Positions 30,377 to 46,645 of a DNA stretch of 64,000 bases are shown piece by piece. Made by a program: the position numbers and the translations under genes. This DNA is from the human T2T-CHM13v2.0 reference genome, Homo sapiens. The stretch lies in assembly GCF_009914755.1 (NCBI RefSeq), contig NC_060941.1. One strand, given 5' to 3'. The notes beneath the pieces are model-generated. The model worked only from the letters and a program-made list of their open reading frames with translations, searched no databases and had not been told where the DNA came from. Every line of letters begins with the position of its first letter. The stretch's first letter is position 1.

Positions 30377-31565
30377 TACTCACTATTATGTTCCCCACAC
30401 CCCCACCCCCACAATTTTAGCTGTTATAATTTTCAGTTCTAGAATTTCTATTTGCTTCCTATTTCTATCTCTTTATTGGTATTCACTACTTGTTTGTACA
30501 CTGTTATCCCAAGTTTTTAAGTTTTTATCTATGATTTTTTTCAGCTCTTTGAGCATATTTGGTAGTTAATTCAAAGTCTATGTCTCATAAATCCAATGTC
30601 TAGGGCTTCTTCAGTGAAGACTTTGGTCAAATCGGCACCCCGCACCCCTCCCCCCCAACTTTTTTTCCTGTAAGTGGGCCATACTTTCTTGTTTCTTTGT
30701 GTGCTTTCTGAATTTTTTTTTCCTTGAGAACAGAACATTTTAAATACTGTAAATTTGTTAACTCAGGACATCAGATTCTTCCCTCTCCCCAGTGATTGCT
30801 GTTGTTGCTTGATGAAATCTCCAGATATTCATTTATTTATTGACTTTTCCAAAATAATTTTTTCAAAAAATATATTCCTGGTCACATGTGGTTACCGAAG
30901 TCTCTGTTTTGTGATCTATGATGTCAGGCAGTGACCTGAGAGAAATGTTCTCAAATGCATAGATTCCATAAGAAAAGAAGAGAAATGATGTTCTATCTCT
31001 TTAAATTCCCACAACTAACTGTTTGGGGAAGTTAATTGTGTTTGACAATTGAAACGATGGACAGGTCTTTTGCCAGTCCCTCAGTAATCTGTCAAGCAGA
31101 TCAAAAGATGCAATCTCGATTTTGGGGGAACAAAATCTGTATTGCCCACTGTGGCACCAGCAAGCTACACTGGAAATGTAAGCCACCATCCTTGTGACTA
31201 CATGCTGTCAGGCTGGGAGATGGTGAATTTAGGTCACTTCATAAAATATTGAAATTCAATAAAATTTACCAGGCTTTTTCTTCACCAAGCATTCCTCTAG
31301 ATGCTACGAGTATTACACTAGACTCTAGAGTTCTGAAATACTTGATTCTTATGTTTCTTGCCAGCTCAGTAGTTGTTTCAGTGGAGAGACCAAATCCTGG
31401 AGCTTCCTACTGTACCACCTTCAATGACATCACTATGACTTTAATTTTTTTCAGCATTTATATGCTTTATGTATTGAAAATAAAGAAGAAAGGAAGGAAG
31501 GAGGAAAGGAAGGAAAAAACGGAAGGAGGGAAGGAGAGAGAAGGAAAAGGAGAGAGAGTGGTAGG

Positions 31566-31924
31566 TGATATGGTTGGGCTCTGTGTTCCCACCCAAATCT
31601 CATCTTACAGCTCCCATAATTCCCACGTATTGTGGAAGGGACCTGGTGGGAGATGATTGAATCATGAGGGCAGGTCTTTCCTACACTGTTCTTGTGATAG
31701 TGAATGGTCTCATGAGATTTGATGGTTTTAAAAACAGGAGTTTCTCTCCACAAGCTCTCTTTGCTGCCATCCATGTAAGATGTGACTTGCTCCTCCTTGC
31801 TTTCCACCATGACTGTGAGGCCTCCCCAGCCATGTGGAACCATAAGTTCAATAAAACTCTTTCTTTTGTAAATTGCCCAGTCTTGGGTATGTCTTTATCA
31901 GCAGTGTGGAAAATAACTAATACA
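31566..31924 (+). mobile_element. THE1 solo LTR (THE1B/C-like) inside a GA-rich tract
   Basis: tgatatggtt...ctaataca; TSD GTAGG/GCAGG. Confidence 0.9.
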
Positions 31925-32553
31925 GCAGGAATGGATGGAGGGAAAGAGAAAAGAAGGAAAGAGAAGGATTTTTCATTGCAGAACATAACCAAGTGCTTAA
32001 TTCAGCATTTCAGTCATGGGGTAAACACAGAATCCTGAGAATTGAACTTTACATGGATGAGAAAATGCTGACACCTAAGCCACAGAATAAAAGGCAACTG
32101 GCCTAGATTCTTGGGTTACCTTGTTGGAGTTTCTGCCACATGGACATTAGTTCCCCTTTTGTCAATATTATGTTGAAAGAGGTTGTGCAGTTGCTGGCAT
32201 AGTTGTATTCTTATAATTAAATATTTGTTTGTTTCTGGAATTACTTTGCTCTTCCACTATAAACAGTCACCATGGTAAAATTTGCAGCACCAATTTTCTA
32301 TCAGCATCACTATGTATTCTTGTTCTCTTGCTTTAATGACATTTTTCTTAGGCTGTATGACTATATGATCCTAATGGACTTAAGTGAACGGTGCATGGGG
32401 GCAGGGTGGTTGTAAACTGCATCATTCTTTCCATACTTTCTGCCTTTGTAATCAATTTTGTAAGGCTCAAAGAAAAATATCAAACTCCCCAATTCCTAAA
32501 TGATTAATACAGAGATCTAATTACCTGGTACCTTAAAATATATATTGTGTTTG

Positions 32554-32995
<442 letters not shown>

Positions 32996-34542
32996 ACAGT
33001 TAGGGGGAACCCTCTGAAATAGTTCCAAGGAAAATAAATTTAAATTGCATTTATTAAGCAATCCACTAAGTGCCAGCAGGAGATTTCTTCCTACAGCGTT
33101 GCAGAAACATTTTAGAGATATGGTTTGGCATGCTGCAGAATGCACAGGTCTTCAAAGAAGGCTCTGACCTACTTTGTTTCTGCCTAGTCTGTGCTGGTTC
33201 TTGCTACTGTAGCTTTCTGAGTCAGGTAGAGTCAGTCATTGCACCATTTTTGGTAGCCAGTCTGCTCATACAAGACCCAAGGCAGAGTCATAATACAGAA
33301 GCTTCTGATTTCTTACCTACATTTAGGAACATTATTACAAGCATTTTGCTCAGAGTTGAAGGAGCTTTCTGTTTTCATCATTTCAGTGTAAATTTCAAAA
33401 TAGCTAACAGGAATGTCATCTTAAGTAGTAGATCATGATTTCCAAATATACACTGGCTATATCTCATAGGCAGCAACTTATTAATAAGAACTTTAGAGAA
33501 TATTTTTTTGCCATAACCCAATAAGGCTAAGCACAAGGATGGGAGCCCCAAATTAGGAACCTCATTGGTTTTCATAGGCAATATACATTGTGTGCCACTA
33601 TAATCCAAATCCATATAGGCACTACCAGTCCCCCTTGATTAAGAAGCTAAAGGTAAAGTAAAGGGGTCCAAGACACAATCGTGTGGAAGGAACAAATTGA
33701 AAGACTAACCTGATCCTGAAGACTACTAGAGAAAGGCCATACGAATTTTAAAAATTCTTCTGAATAATCTTTCCTCTCTGCCTTAGACCCAGCTCAAACT
33801 TTCTGCATTGTGTGCCTTAATGAGAATATTTGTCTTCATTCAATTTATTCATTTAGGCACTCATTCTATGGACCTAGTATTCAACTTTCCAGGAAATGTG
33901 TAGCTCCTTTCGTCTTTCTCTTGAGGCTTCACGCACAGTCAATAGGTATAATTTTTCATTAAAGGTCCAATATGATTTAAAACTTAACCTGAACTGATAA
34001 TTTAAACAGTTCCTTTAGGCAATATTTAAGCTTTTCTTTGGATAATAATGCTTAGTCTCTTAGGAAACCTTCCCCTCCCATTGCTTCTCTTTCGAAAATA
34101 CCATCTATTTATACGTGAGGGAAGGTTCTGGTTGGCCCATTCTTGAGGCATTAGAAGGGACTTCCTGGTGTGGGCTGGTGTTGTGTGTGTGCTGATATCC
34201 TCTTGTCCCTGAGGCACTGTTTCTTACTTACCTGGTTGCTGACTGCCCTGCTGCCATTGAGAGATTTTCTGGTGGGTATTATTCTTAATCTGGTCTCTGC
34301 TGCATCAAACCATATTTGCAGTGGCTCCCTGTCTGAGCTGCCCTGACCATGGTTCCCACGGGTACTATGAACCTCTTTGAGGTCCTGCATTGACTCCTAA
34401 TTATTTCTTCAGCCCTTATTACATAACATTATTTGGCAAGCTCCTTGATTACTTTGAAGTTCCGTATAGAATATAGGAAAGCAAGGGGCTTCTGGGAAAA
34501 TACATGCCTTGAGATTTCTCTCTTCCTGGAAACACCATACTT

Positions 34543-34841
<299 letters not shown>

Positions 34842-37776
34842 TTATAAGTTAACTTTGCAGTGACAATACCTTGCAAGGTGTCGGGGTTTTTTACAGTCAT
34901 AAATGGGGAGTAAGGGAGAGTTCCTTCTTCTCAGTGCTCCTGTAAAAGCAGTAGGGGAAACTGGGAGAAATTACTTATAGCTTCTCTGGCCTAACCCTCA
35001 AACCCTTTCCTTCCCTTCCCATCACCAATTAGACAGAAAAGAACCTGAATTACTTTTTCCTCCTCTTGTCTGAACCTAACTTATATAAAATTTTGGACCA
35101 GACCTCATATCCAAACTTTGATAAAAAGGAAGCTATCAGGGATCCAAACAATCCTTTCTAAACACAGAGCCTGACTCACTGGATTTGTTGGAAATTTTGT
35201 TTTAAATGTCATTGAATAGGAGTTTCCTTTCTGGTAATGGCAAAATAGCTTGTAACAGACTAAATCTTTTACAGAGAAAAAACAGACAGTCTGAATTAAA
35301 TGAAAACAAAGATATAAAAGATTTTGAAGACTAAATAGAATTACAAAGATGGCTGAGACTGGAAGAACCAAAGTCATGGACAGAGGAAAGTCTTATTGAG
35401 GTAAGCTGGCCTGTTGTGGCTCTTTTCCTTAAAACATTCACCAATCCCTGACTGCTGTAGATAACAAAGACTGGGAAGCCAACAGAAAGTGACTTCAAAG
35501 AGGCAGAGGAGATGAGCAGTGCTGTTGTCATTACTGTAGGATCATGATAAAATTTAGATTGCAGGGCTAATCAGATAGGAAGGATTTGCGAAGCCAACAT
35601 TTCATGGAGAAAAAAAAAAAGTGTAGAGTTGTGAGCCCAATGGTGTCAGCTGCTTTTACTGTCAAGGTATTCATGATTCATAAAAGTAAGCAATGAGGGC
35701 AAAGTGAAGCCTAGAGAGAAATGGCAGTGAAGAAAATAAAGACCTAACTGAGCTTTTGGCAATCTCATTATGCTTAAGAGATTTAAATTGGAGTTTATGA
35801 CTTGTCAAGGAAGAAGGACCCCAGGATTTCAGTTTGGAATCTTGAAGGACTACCCCCAAAGAGGAAGGGAAAAAAATGAATAAATAAAAACATAAATAAG
35901 AAAGACTAAATGAACACCCCAAAACATCTCAGCTCCTATTAGGACTAAGGTTTTTTTTGCCTTTAATTTGCTAACAGAAACTAACTAATCCAGAGCTTTT
36001 ATAATTTTGTATATACAAAATGTTTATTTAATCAAAAAAATTTAAAGATATAATGAGAATGGACCAAAAGAAAATGAGACAATAAAAGTAGATTTGCAGG
36101 TAATACAGAAATTAAAGTTTTCAGACAAAGACTTTAAAATAATTTTGATTGGTATGTTCAGAAACAGAGGACCAAGCAAAATTCACCAGATACCTGAGAT
36201 CTATAATTTAAAAAAATCAAATGTATGCTCTAGAGCAAAAAATGCATAAAGTGTCAGTAGACTGATAACACCTTGATCATTTTCTTTGAATTATTTCTGT
36301 GCTAAATCATCATCCCTCTGTTCAGCTTCAGTGAAGGGAAACCAAGATTCACCATTCAGTAAATCCCCTAAACATCTGATCTCTTAGACTCTTAAGTTCT
36401 TTGACTGCTTCTAGCATCCTCTCCCTACTTTCCTGAGTTTCAAACTTAAGGAATAAGCCAGGATACAAGGGTCTCTCCTTCTCTCTGGCCAAATTCAAAC
36501 TAATTTTTAAAGTATAATGCCAGAGCTGAAATGAAACAGAAAGTACACAAAAATAGACCAAAAACAGATTATTAAGGAAAGAAAATTACTGAACAAATTT
36601 GTCAGAACAAAAAAAAAATCACTAGTCATTTGGAAAAAAAAATAAATGTTTTTATCCTGATAAACTATTTTATGTCAAAACAGAAAAAATGTATTAGTTA
36701 ATATTTTGTAATCTTAGTATGAGAGCAAAGTTTTCTAAGCATGAAAACAAAGTCAAATGAAAAGGTAAAATTTTCTGTATAATATCTCTTAGGGAAAAAA
36801 GGAAGATAATAAAAGAATAAATCCAAACTATATTAAATTTTCACAATTTAGGCAGGACACTATAATAATGTTTCTATTCTTGATTATATAATGAGCTATT
36901 ATGAAACAAGAATACCCAAATAGATTAGAAACATAAGCAAAATATATGTATGGGCCATTTTCAAAGATGAAATAGAAATTACATGGTATTCAGCCTTACC
37001 TGAAATGTTTAAAATGCAAATTAAATGGCAATTAATTTTAGCTTTACTCCATTAGCCTAAAACAGAATTTAGGGTTTAATAATACCTATTATCAGAGTTC
37101 AAGTGGAGAAATGGGCACTGTCAGGAAATAGTGGTGGGATTATAGGTTGCTATAATATTTGTAAAGGATATTCTAAATATGAATGAAACAACATAGTATG
37201 AAAAAGAATAAGGTAGGGATTTCCAGGATGGATTTTGGAGAAAACTCTCTACGTCTGAATCACAGTGGTTAGACACTTGTGAAGCTGCCACGGTTTCAGC
37301 ATCTCTCCAAAGTTTTAGCTTTCCTGACAAAGGATGACTCAAGCATCTCTTGGCTTCACCATCTTACATGGCTCTATGTACATGCAAGGATGCTGGAAAA
37401 TATACCCGTTTTCAGGTCCAGAATGGAAAGAAAAAGCAGATATGCATGAACACTAGGACTCTCATTCTCACAAGTGGGAATCATATATTAAATGTAGCTA
37501 TTAATATTATCGCGTTCCTTTTGTCCCAAGAATTCCACTTTTCAAAGTTATCCTATACAAAAACATGGAAAAGTGTGCAGAGAGATACATTTAAAGATTT
37601 TATTTATAGTATCCTCTATATTGTTGATAGTTTTAAACTACATTACCATTCAAAAGTCATGATAAAGAGCTATAGTTATGGACAAAGAAAAATGTCCATA
37701 ATTTATCTTTAAATGAAATATCCTATATCAATACAATAACAATTGTGTAGAGGTGTGTTTCCTTGTATTTCAGTAT

Positions 37777-38133
37777 GTGCTGTTATCTAAATGTTTGTGT
37801 TTCCCTAAAATTCATATGTTGAAATTCTAACCCTCCAAGGGACAATATTAGGAAGTGGGGCCTTTAGCAGGTGATTAGATCATGAAGGTGGAGGCTTCGT
37901 AAATGGAATTGGTGGCCTTATAAAAGACTGCAGAGAGATAGCTATCTCCTTTCATCATATGAGAACATAGTGAGAAGGTGCCACCTATGAGAAAGGAGCC
38001 CTCAATAGACGATAAATCTGCTGGCACCTTGATCTTGAACTATTCGGACTCCAGAACTATGAGACATAAACTTCCGTTGTTTGTAAGCTACCTAGTTTAT
38101 GGTGCTTTGTTATAGAAGCTGCCAAGTGAACAC
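37777..38133 (+). mobile_element. MaLR solo LTR (MLT1A0-like)
   Basis: aaaattcatatgttgaaattctaacc...ctgctggcaccttgatcttg...tttgttatag. Confidence 0.8.
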
Positions 38134-39714
38134 AGGGGGAAAAAGCATGTATGAGCGACACTGTAAAGGTTTTCACGCTTGCTTACATTAGCAAGTTAAA
38201 GTTGTGGGGATTGTCCTTTAGTAGAAAAATGTAAAAAACTCTTAAAAATGCCTTACTTAGTTTTAAAAGTAAAAGCATTTTTTCTTTCATTCTTGCTTTT
38301 GTCTTTTAATATGTTTCAAAAAGGACAAAATATATTATGTTCACAAACTCATAATATAAACATGTGTATCAGACCCAAAGTAAATGTAAATTTAAAAATG
38401 GAAATGTAAAACATATCCCATTCACTACATACTGAAAATTATAAATACTTACAAATAAAAGTAACAAGAAAGAAACAGGAAATATATGAGATAAACAATA
38501 AAATCTTATTGTAGAATATAAAATTAAATCTGAACACATTTGAACATATACCATTCTCTTTATGGGAGGAAGTACTTTCATAAACCACTATTCTCTCTAA
38601 ATTAGTATAAGTGTAATATGCCTCTAATTAGAATGATAATAGAGATGTAAATCAAATTCTATAAATGGATCTCGAAGTTCATATGGAAGAAAATGACACC
38701 TAAGATTAAGCAAAAAGAAGAGGACGGTGATGATAATAAAGAGAGACTTGCCTAACATAAATCAGGCTACACCAAAAATTCCCTGTGATTGAATCAATAT
38801 ATCATTAGCATAAAAATAGATGCATGGATGGGTGAAACAAGATGTAGAAAAAATAAATGGGCATTAGCATATATGAGAATTTCCTACACACTAATACTAG
38901 TATTTCAATTTAATGGAAAAAATAAATTATAAGATTGTGTCATGATTGGTTATTTATATAGAAGACAATATAATTTTTCCTGATATTATACCATATACAA
39001 AATAAAATTACACAGGAAATAAATACTTAAATGAATTTAAAGTTTAAATATTTATAAAACTTTAAACAACCAGGGAAACAGGTCCAATACCTTAATGGTG
39101 AGCTGAAGGGAATGTTCTTAAGCAATATGTAAAACCAGATTCTATAAATAAAAGATAGGCATTTCTGTCTAAAAAAATGTGAAACCTTTGAGAGGCAAAA
39201 AGCAACATAAACCAAAGTAATAGACAAACAATGGATTTGGAAAGAAAATTGTAAATTATTCAACCAAAAATCGTTTGCTATTTATAAAATTGAGAAATAA
39301 TTTTGCAAACAATAAAACAATTTTCCATAATTCATACTTCATATATACTTAACTCACAATTTCTAAATGACAAACTGCTGAACAATGTAAATGTAAACTA
39401 TGCATTTAGAATCTCAACACAAAGCCCATGGCCAGTCAGGTAAAGACAATATTTAATTACTAATAAAGCAGACAATCCTATACTTTGGTTAAAAATTCCA
39501 TGTTATTTTTTTTTCTTTTATATAAACATTATTTCCCAAGGATCCATGCAGAGTAAATATTGTGAGTGGCCTCTACGTAAAGTGTTTTAACATGTAAAAA
39601 GTTTTTGTGTTTAAACTTTTCCTTAACAAAATGCAAAGCTCTGAAATTTTGACAAGAAAAAGGGCAAATAACTCAATAAAAATGGGAAAGAGATATGAGA
39701 AAATACATTTCTTA

Positions 39715-40014
<300 letters not shown>

Positions 40015-40379
40015 AAGAAATATGTACTCAAACTCACCGGGAGTCAGGAAAATGCAAATTAAAAATTAAAGTAACACTGAGATATCACCTTCCTACACCT
40101 TTAAAAGGAGCAATAGCACTTACTGTTGGTGGGAATGCTGATACAGGATGCCTTCAGAGGAGGAAACAAAACTGGAATTGTTTAAAATCTTTTTGGGAAA
40201 ATAATCAGGCAATACTACTGAAATTAGTCAATATATCATTTGAGCTATGAATTTGCCATCCTCCTTTTTGGATCATATTTACTGAAATAAAAACACAGGT
40301 ATTAAAATATATATGCACACAGATTTTATTAGAGCATTGGTTGCAGTGAGAATGGTTGAAAAAGATGGTACATTCATAC

Positions 40380-41022
40380 TTTCAGAGTCGCTTCAACCAG
40401 AGTGACTCCACCTTGAACAGGGGCTGGGTAAAATAAGGCTGAGACCTACTGGGCTATTCCCAGGAGGTTATGCATTTCTTTTCACAAGATAAGATAGGAG
40501 GTCAGCACAAGATCCAGGTCACGAGGGCCTTGCTGCTAAAACAGGGCCCATTAAAAAGCCAGCCAAAACCCAACAAAACCAAGATGGCAATGAAAGTGAC
40601 CTCTGGTCGTCCTCACTGCTCATTATATGCTAATTATAATGCATTATCTGCTAAAAGACACGCCTGCCAGCACTATGACAGTTTACAAATGCCATGGCAA
40701 CAACAGAAAGTTATTCCATATACTCTATAAAGGGGAGGTAACCTCAGTTCTGGGAATTGCCACACCCCTTTCCTGGAAAACTGATGAATAATCCACCCCT
40801 TATTTAGCATATAATCGAGAAATATTAATAATTATTTAATAACTGTAAGTATACTCAGTCAAGCAGCCCATGCCACTCCTCTGCCTATGGAGTAGCCATT
40901 CTTTTGTTTCTTTACTTCTTTAATAAACTTGCTTTCACTATACTCTATGGACCTGCCCAGAATTCTTTCTTGCATGAGGTCCAATCTCTTGGGATCTGGA
41001 TCAGGACCCTTTTCCAATAACA
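40380..41022 (+). mobile_element. MER41B solo LTR
   Basis: Homologous to the reverse complement of 9943-10520 but with the extra GAS-bearing segment; ends ...cccttttccaataaca; flanks ATAC/AAAC. Confidence 0.88.
40748..40778 (+). promoter_or_regulatory. Tandem GAS (STAT) motifs in MER41B
   Basis: TTCTGGGAA at 40748-40756 and TTCCTGGAA at 40770-40778, both TTCNNNGAA. Confidence 0.8.
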
Positions 41023-41128
41023 AAACCATGAAACACTATGCAGCAATTAAAAGAAATAAAATAGAATTATACCTGTTGAAAATAAATTTCCATGAGGTAT
41101 TCTTAAGTGAGAAAAGCAGAATGCAGAA

Positions 41129-41632
41129 TGTCAGGCCTCTGAGCCCAAGCCAAGCCATCGCATCCCCTGTGACTTGCACGTATATGCCCAGATGGCCTGA
41201 AGTAACTGAATAATCACAAAAGAAGTGAATATGCCCTGCCTTGCCTTAACTGATGACATTCCACCACAAAAGAAGTGTAAATGGCTGGTCCTTGCCTTAA
41301 CTGATTATATTCCACCACAAAAGAAGTGAAAATGGCTGGTCCTTGCCTTAAGTGATGACGTTACCTTGTGAAAGTCCTTTTCCTGGCTCATCCTGGCTCA
41401 AAAAGCTCCCCAACTGAGCACCTTGCAACCCCCACTCCTGCCCACCAGAGAACAAACCCCCTTTGACTGTAATTTTCCTTTACCTGCCCAAATCTTATAA
41501 AACGGCCCCACCCCTATCTCGCTTCACTGACTTTCTTTTTGGACTCAGCCCGCCTGCACCCAGGGGAAATTAACAGCCATGTTGCTCACACAAAGCCTGT
41601 TTGGTGGTCTCTTCACACGGATGCGCATTAAA
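41129..41632 (+). mobile_element. LTR7 (HERV-H) solo LTR with three U3 repeat units
   Basis: tgtcaggcctctgagcccaagc...cttcacacggatgcgcattaaa; TATAAAA box; perfect TSD CAGAA at 41124-41128 and 41633-41637. Confidence 0.93.
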
Positions 41633-41875
41633 CAGAACATTTGCATATAATCTCATATTGAAAGGAAAGAATAAGCTCCATATGTGTGTATTTATACTTT
41701 GCACTTCTATTGTATATAAATAAGTTGATGAAAAAACAAACTCTTTAAAATATTTAAAGAAGTGATAATAATGAAGAGGAACTTGGCTTAACATACATCA
41801 GAATATGACAAAAATCTCCTATAACTGAATCAATATATCATTAGCATAAAAATAGATGCATGGATGACTAAAACC

Positions 41876-43050
<1,175 letters not shown>

Positions 43051-43425
43051 AATTGAACAAAAATTTGAAAGGACAATGATTAGGTTGTTCTCATATGTTT
43101 TCTAAAGGTGGGGATAGGGAGGCCTAAGGGAGGATGGATATGAGAAGAAGGAATGATAGCACAGAGGAGGCCAATTTTGCTGACTATCATTTTCCATGTT
43201 GTTGTGCATGACTCTCATTAGAAGGATCCAAAAAGAATTGTCCCAATTCATGCAAAAGCGATTTCCTACACCACCAAGTAGGAATCTGCATAATGGGTTT
43301 GGGAATCAAAAATGTCAAACATAAGGCATGGGACCCTAGATAGTTACTTAAGGTCTCAGATTTTCACTTTCCCCACCTTATAATAAGATAGTAACTCATA
43401 GCAACTGATAGAGTTGTGAAGGTAT

Positions 43426-44053
43426 TGACAATGAAAATGAGTGACTGAGACATAAGTCTCGATCATGATCATTGAGGTTTATTAAGTCACCTTAGGGTGC
43501 ATCTGAGAAAAACACAAGCCACAGATACATCTGCATCTGTTTATCTGAAGAGATTTTTAGGAACTTTGGTATTTATACATCTCCTTAATGGGGGAAAGGC
43601 TTGTAGGAAGAGGGACAGGTAGATGGTTAGGCAAGCACTACATTTTACATACGGCGAATATCTGAAGAGGAAAAGGAAGTAAAGGAAGGGTCAATTATGC
43701 AGATGTCTCTAAGTAGATGAAGGAAATGACTTGACTTTGCTATGCACCTAGGAAGGTAAGCTTGTAATGGATGTTATCAGTCTGGAGTTTTAAAAGCTAG
43801 ACTTACATTGTAGACCTACAGTTACAATTGGCTTGTCCTCTTTTAGGGGAGATCAGCAAAAAATGTACTCATGAATGGTCTGTGGAGGCTGTCCTTCCCT
43901 GATGCCTGAGGCCTTTTTCCTCTGCATGGGTATCTGGCTGATACAGTGTTAGTAACAGCTATTCATTTGGAAGAGGATGTTGCAATGACCTTCCTTTTGC
44001 ATACAAAGCTTGGTGGGGGTGGTGCTGGAATTTTTTAAAAATTATCTTTTACA
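43426..44053 (-). mobile_element. ERV1 (MER4-group) solo LTR, subfamily unassigned, inserted in a MIR
   Basis: TG...CA with perfect TSD GTAT at 43422-43425 and 44054-44057; MIR-like sequence continues on both sides (~43330-44122). Confidence 0.7.
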
Positions 44054-44176
44054 GTATTAAGGTAAAGTATGTAACATACTTAGTAGAGTATGGACACATA
44101 CCAAGCACTCAAAAATTTTAAGTCTTTGCTTTCCATTTCAATTGAATTATGTCTCTTTATAGTCTGCAGTAGTCAC

Positions 44177-44544
44177 TGTTAAATAAAGGTTAGCCTAAAG
44201 TTGCCTCCTTATATATTTTAGGTTTGTACTAAAGGTTTTCCCGTACATCATGAACTATAACAAGTGGAGGTGTAAACAGACCTTAGCCTACCCTTATGCC
44301 AATCACTGAATTTTGCCAATCAAATATAGCCAACTGTTCAAACCATGTTCAGATAACGCAAACGCTCAGCTAACCAATCCAGCTGTTTCTGTACCTCACT
44401 TCTGTTTTATGTACATCACTTTCCTTTTTCTGTCAATAAATCTTCTTCCACTCCCCTGGCTCAGGAGGCTGCCCAATTTGTGAAGTGTTCATTGCTCAAT
44501 CAAACTCCCTTAAATTTAATTCAGCTAAAATTTTTCTTTTATCA
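44177..44544 (+). mobile_element. MER57A/B-like solo LTR
   Basis: tgttaaataaaggttagcctaaag..., several CCAAT boxes, ends cttttatca; TSD TCAC at 44173-44176 and 44545-44548. Confidence 0.82.
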
Positions 44545-44997
44545 TCACTTAAAATCAATTCTTAAAATGGATAAAGGCTGACAGCAATCCAGATTTGTTT
44601 TCAAGAACTAAGATTGAAAATAATTTTTAAAATAAGAATTCAAAGATTTGTTAGATACTCAGGAGTATACAATGATCACCAGGGCTAACTAATTTAGGTC
44701 TGTTAATATACTCTGTGACCATTTTGAGGTATGGCTTTTTTTTAAAGCCCTCACAAACTCTAGTTATCCTGCTGGAGAAGATAGTGTTTCATTATTCAGT
44801 TGGATGCACATGGTTGTTTTTCACATCTTTTCACAATTTTGGGGACCAAGCTTATCAGAGAGCAAAAGAACAAAGTTAACTGGAGACGAAGGAGCAGGGA
44901 AGAGCCCAGCAAGTCAGGTAGAAATAAAATTTACCTAATAAGTATACACTTTTTTAACCCTTTCTTCATTTTGCAGTGTGCTGTATCACACTGAATA

Positions 44998-45577
44998 TGA
45001 AACCACCTTTGCAAAAATTATGACTGAGAAAATTATGACAGTGAAAGAGATCTGACCTAACTGACTCCTTCTTGCTTCTAACATCCAAGTTGTCTAGCTC
45101 ATTCCTGAGCATAAGCCAAACTAACTTTGGGAGGAATGTATTTTATAGTTTGACTTTGAGACAGAGATGATAACAGCCCCCTTCTTGCCTGAGGACTAGA
45201 ATGCCTTTGCAGGAGTAACAAATTAACCAAGGGTGAGAAATTATCTTTCAGGAGTCACTGTTATAAAACATGAGATAAGTGCTTGAGATATTTTCCAGAC
45301 CCGGCCTTTCGATGCACCAGCTGATGCCGCCCAGAATGATAAACTGTCTCATCTAGTCTTGTGGTCCCCCCTTTCTCAACCCCATACCCTACAAATTATC
45401 CTTAAAAACTCTGATCCCTGAATTTTCAGGGAGACTGATTTGAGTAATAATAAAACTCAGTTCTCCCTTAACAGCTGCTTCTGATGAATTGAATTTCTTT
45501 CTCTATTGCAATTCCCCTGTCTTGAAAAGTTGGCTCTGCCTAGGCAGCGGGCAAGGAGAATGCACTGGGTGGTTACA
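44998..45577 (+). mobile_element. LTR8/LTR8A-like solo LTR
   Basis: tgaaaccacctttgcaaaaattatgac...gggtggttaca; TSD AATA at 44994-44997 and 45578-45581. Confidence 0.85.
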
Positions 45578-46350
45578 AATATAACAATGTTTCCAGAGCT
45601 TGCATGCATACTATTACATGAGTTGGAGGTATGATAGGACACAGACTATTAAATAAGCATATTTTTAACTTTATAGAAATAAAATGAGATAAAAACACAA
45701 GAGAATACAAAATAGCCAGGCAGATAGGAAAAAGAACCAAATAGGACTTCCTCAAACAAAAAATGTTATTGCTAAAATGAAAACACACATACACACACAC
45801 ACACACACAAATACACACACACTGATTAAATCAAATAACAGAGCTGAGGAGAGAATTAGTAAACTGGGGATAGATACCAAGATATCATTCAAAAACTATC
45901 TGGAGAAACAAAGAAGTATCTTCTTCCATATATGAGGGATCAAAGACATGGAGGATTGACTGAGGATTTCTCACACACCTCTATTTTGGGTTCCAGAGGA
46001 GAGATGAGAGAGTATGGGAAACACAGTGTTTGCAGAGGCAATGGCTAACAATTTGCTAAAATTATTAAGAAACGTGAATCCCCAGATTCAGGAATGCAAT
46101 AAATATCAAGCAGAACACATAAAAATAAATCTATACCTACACCCATCATATAAAACTGCAGGATATCAAAGATGATGTTGAGATCTTAAGGAAGCTAGGG
46201 AAAAGCAAATTTTCCCTGTAAAAAGATTGATAGAAGACTTCTGAAAGGCAACAAAGGAATCCAAATAGTAAAGAGAATGGAATGATATCTTTGAAGTGCC
46301 GAGAAAAAGATAACTACCAACTTATAATTACATACCTAGTTAATGAGGCT

Positions 46351-46645
46351 TTCTTTTTTGAGACAGAATCTTGCTCAGTTGCCCAGGCTAGAGTGCAGTG
46401 GCACCACCTCCATTTATTGCAATCTCTGCCTCCCAGGTTCAAGTGATTCTCGTGCCTCAGCCTCTTGAGTAGCCTGGGACTACAGGCACGCACCACCACA
46501 GCTGGCTAATTTTTCTATTTGTGTTAGTAGAGATGAAGTTTTGCCATGTTGGCCAGGTTGGTCTCAAACTCCTGGCCTTAGATGACCTGCCCACCTCGGC
46601 CTCCCAAAGTGCTGGGGTTACAGGCATGAGCCATTGTGCCTGGCC
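46351..46645 (-). mobile_element. AluS
   Basis: Full dimer on minus strand, short T tail. Confidence 0.9.
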
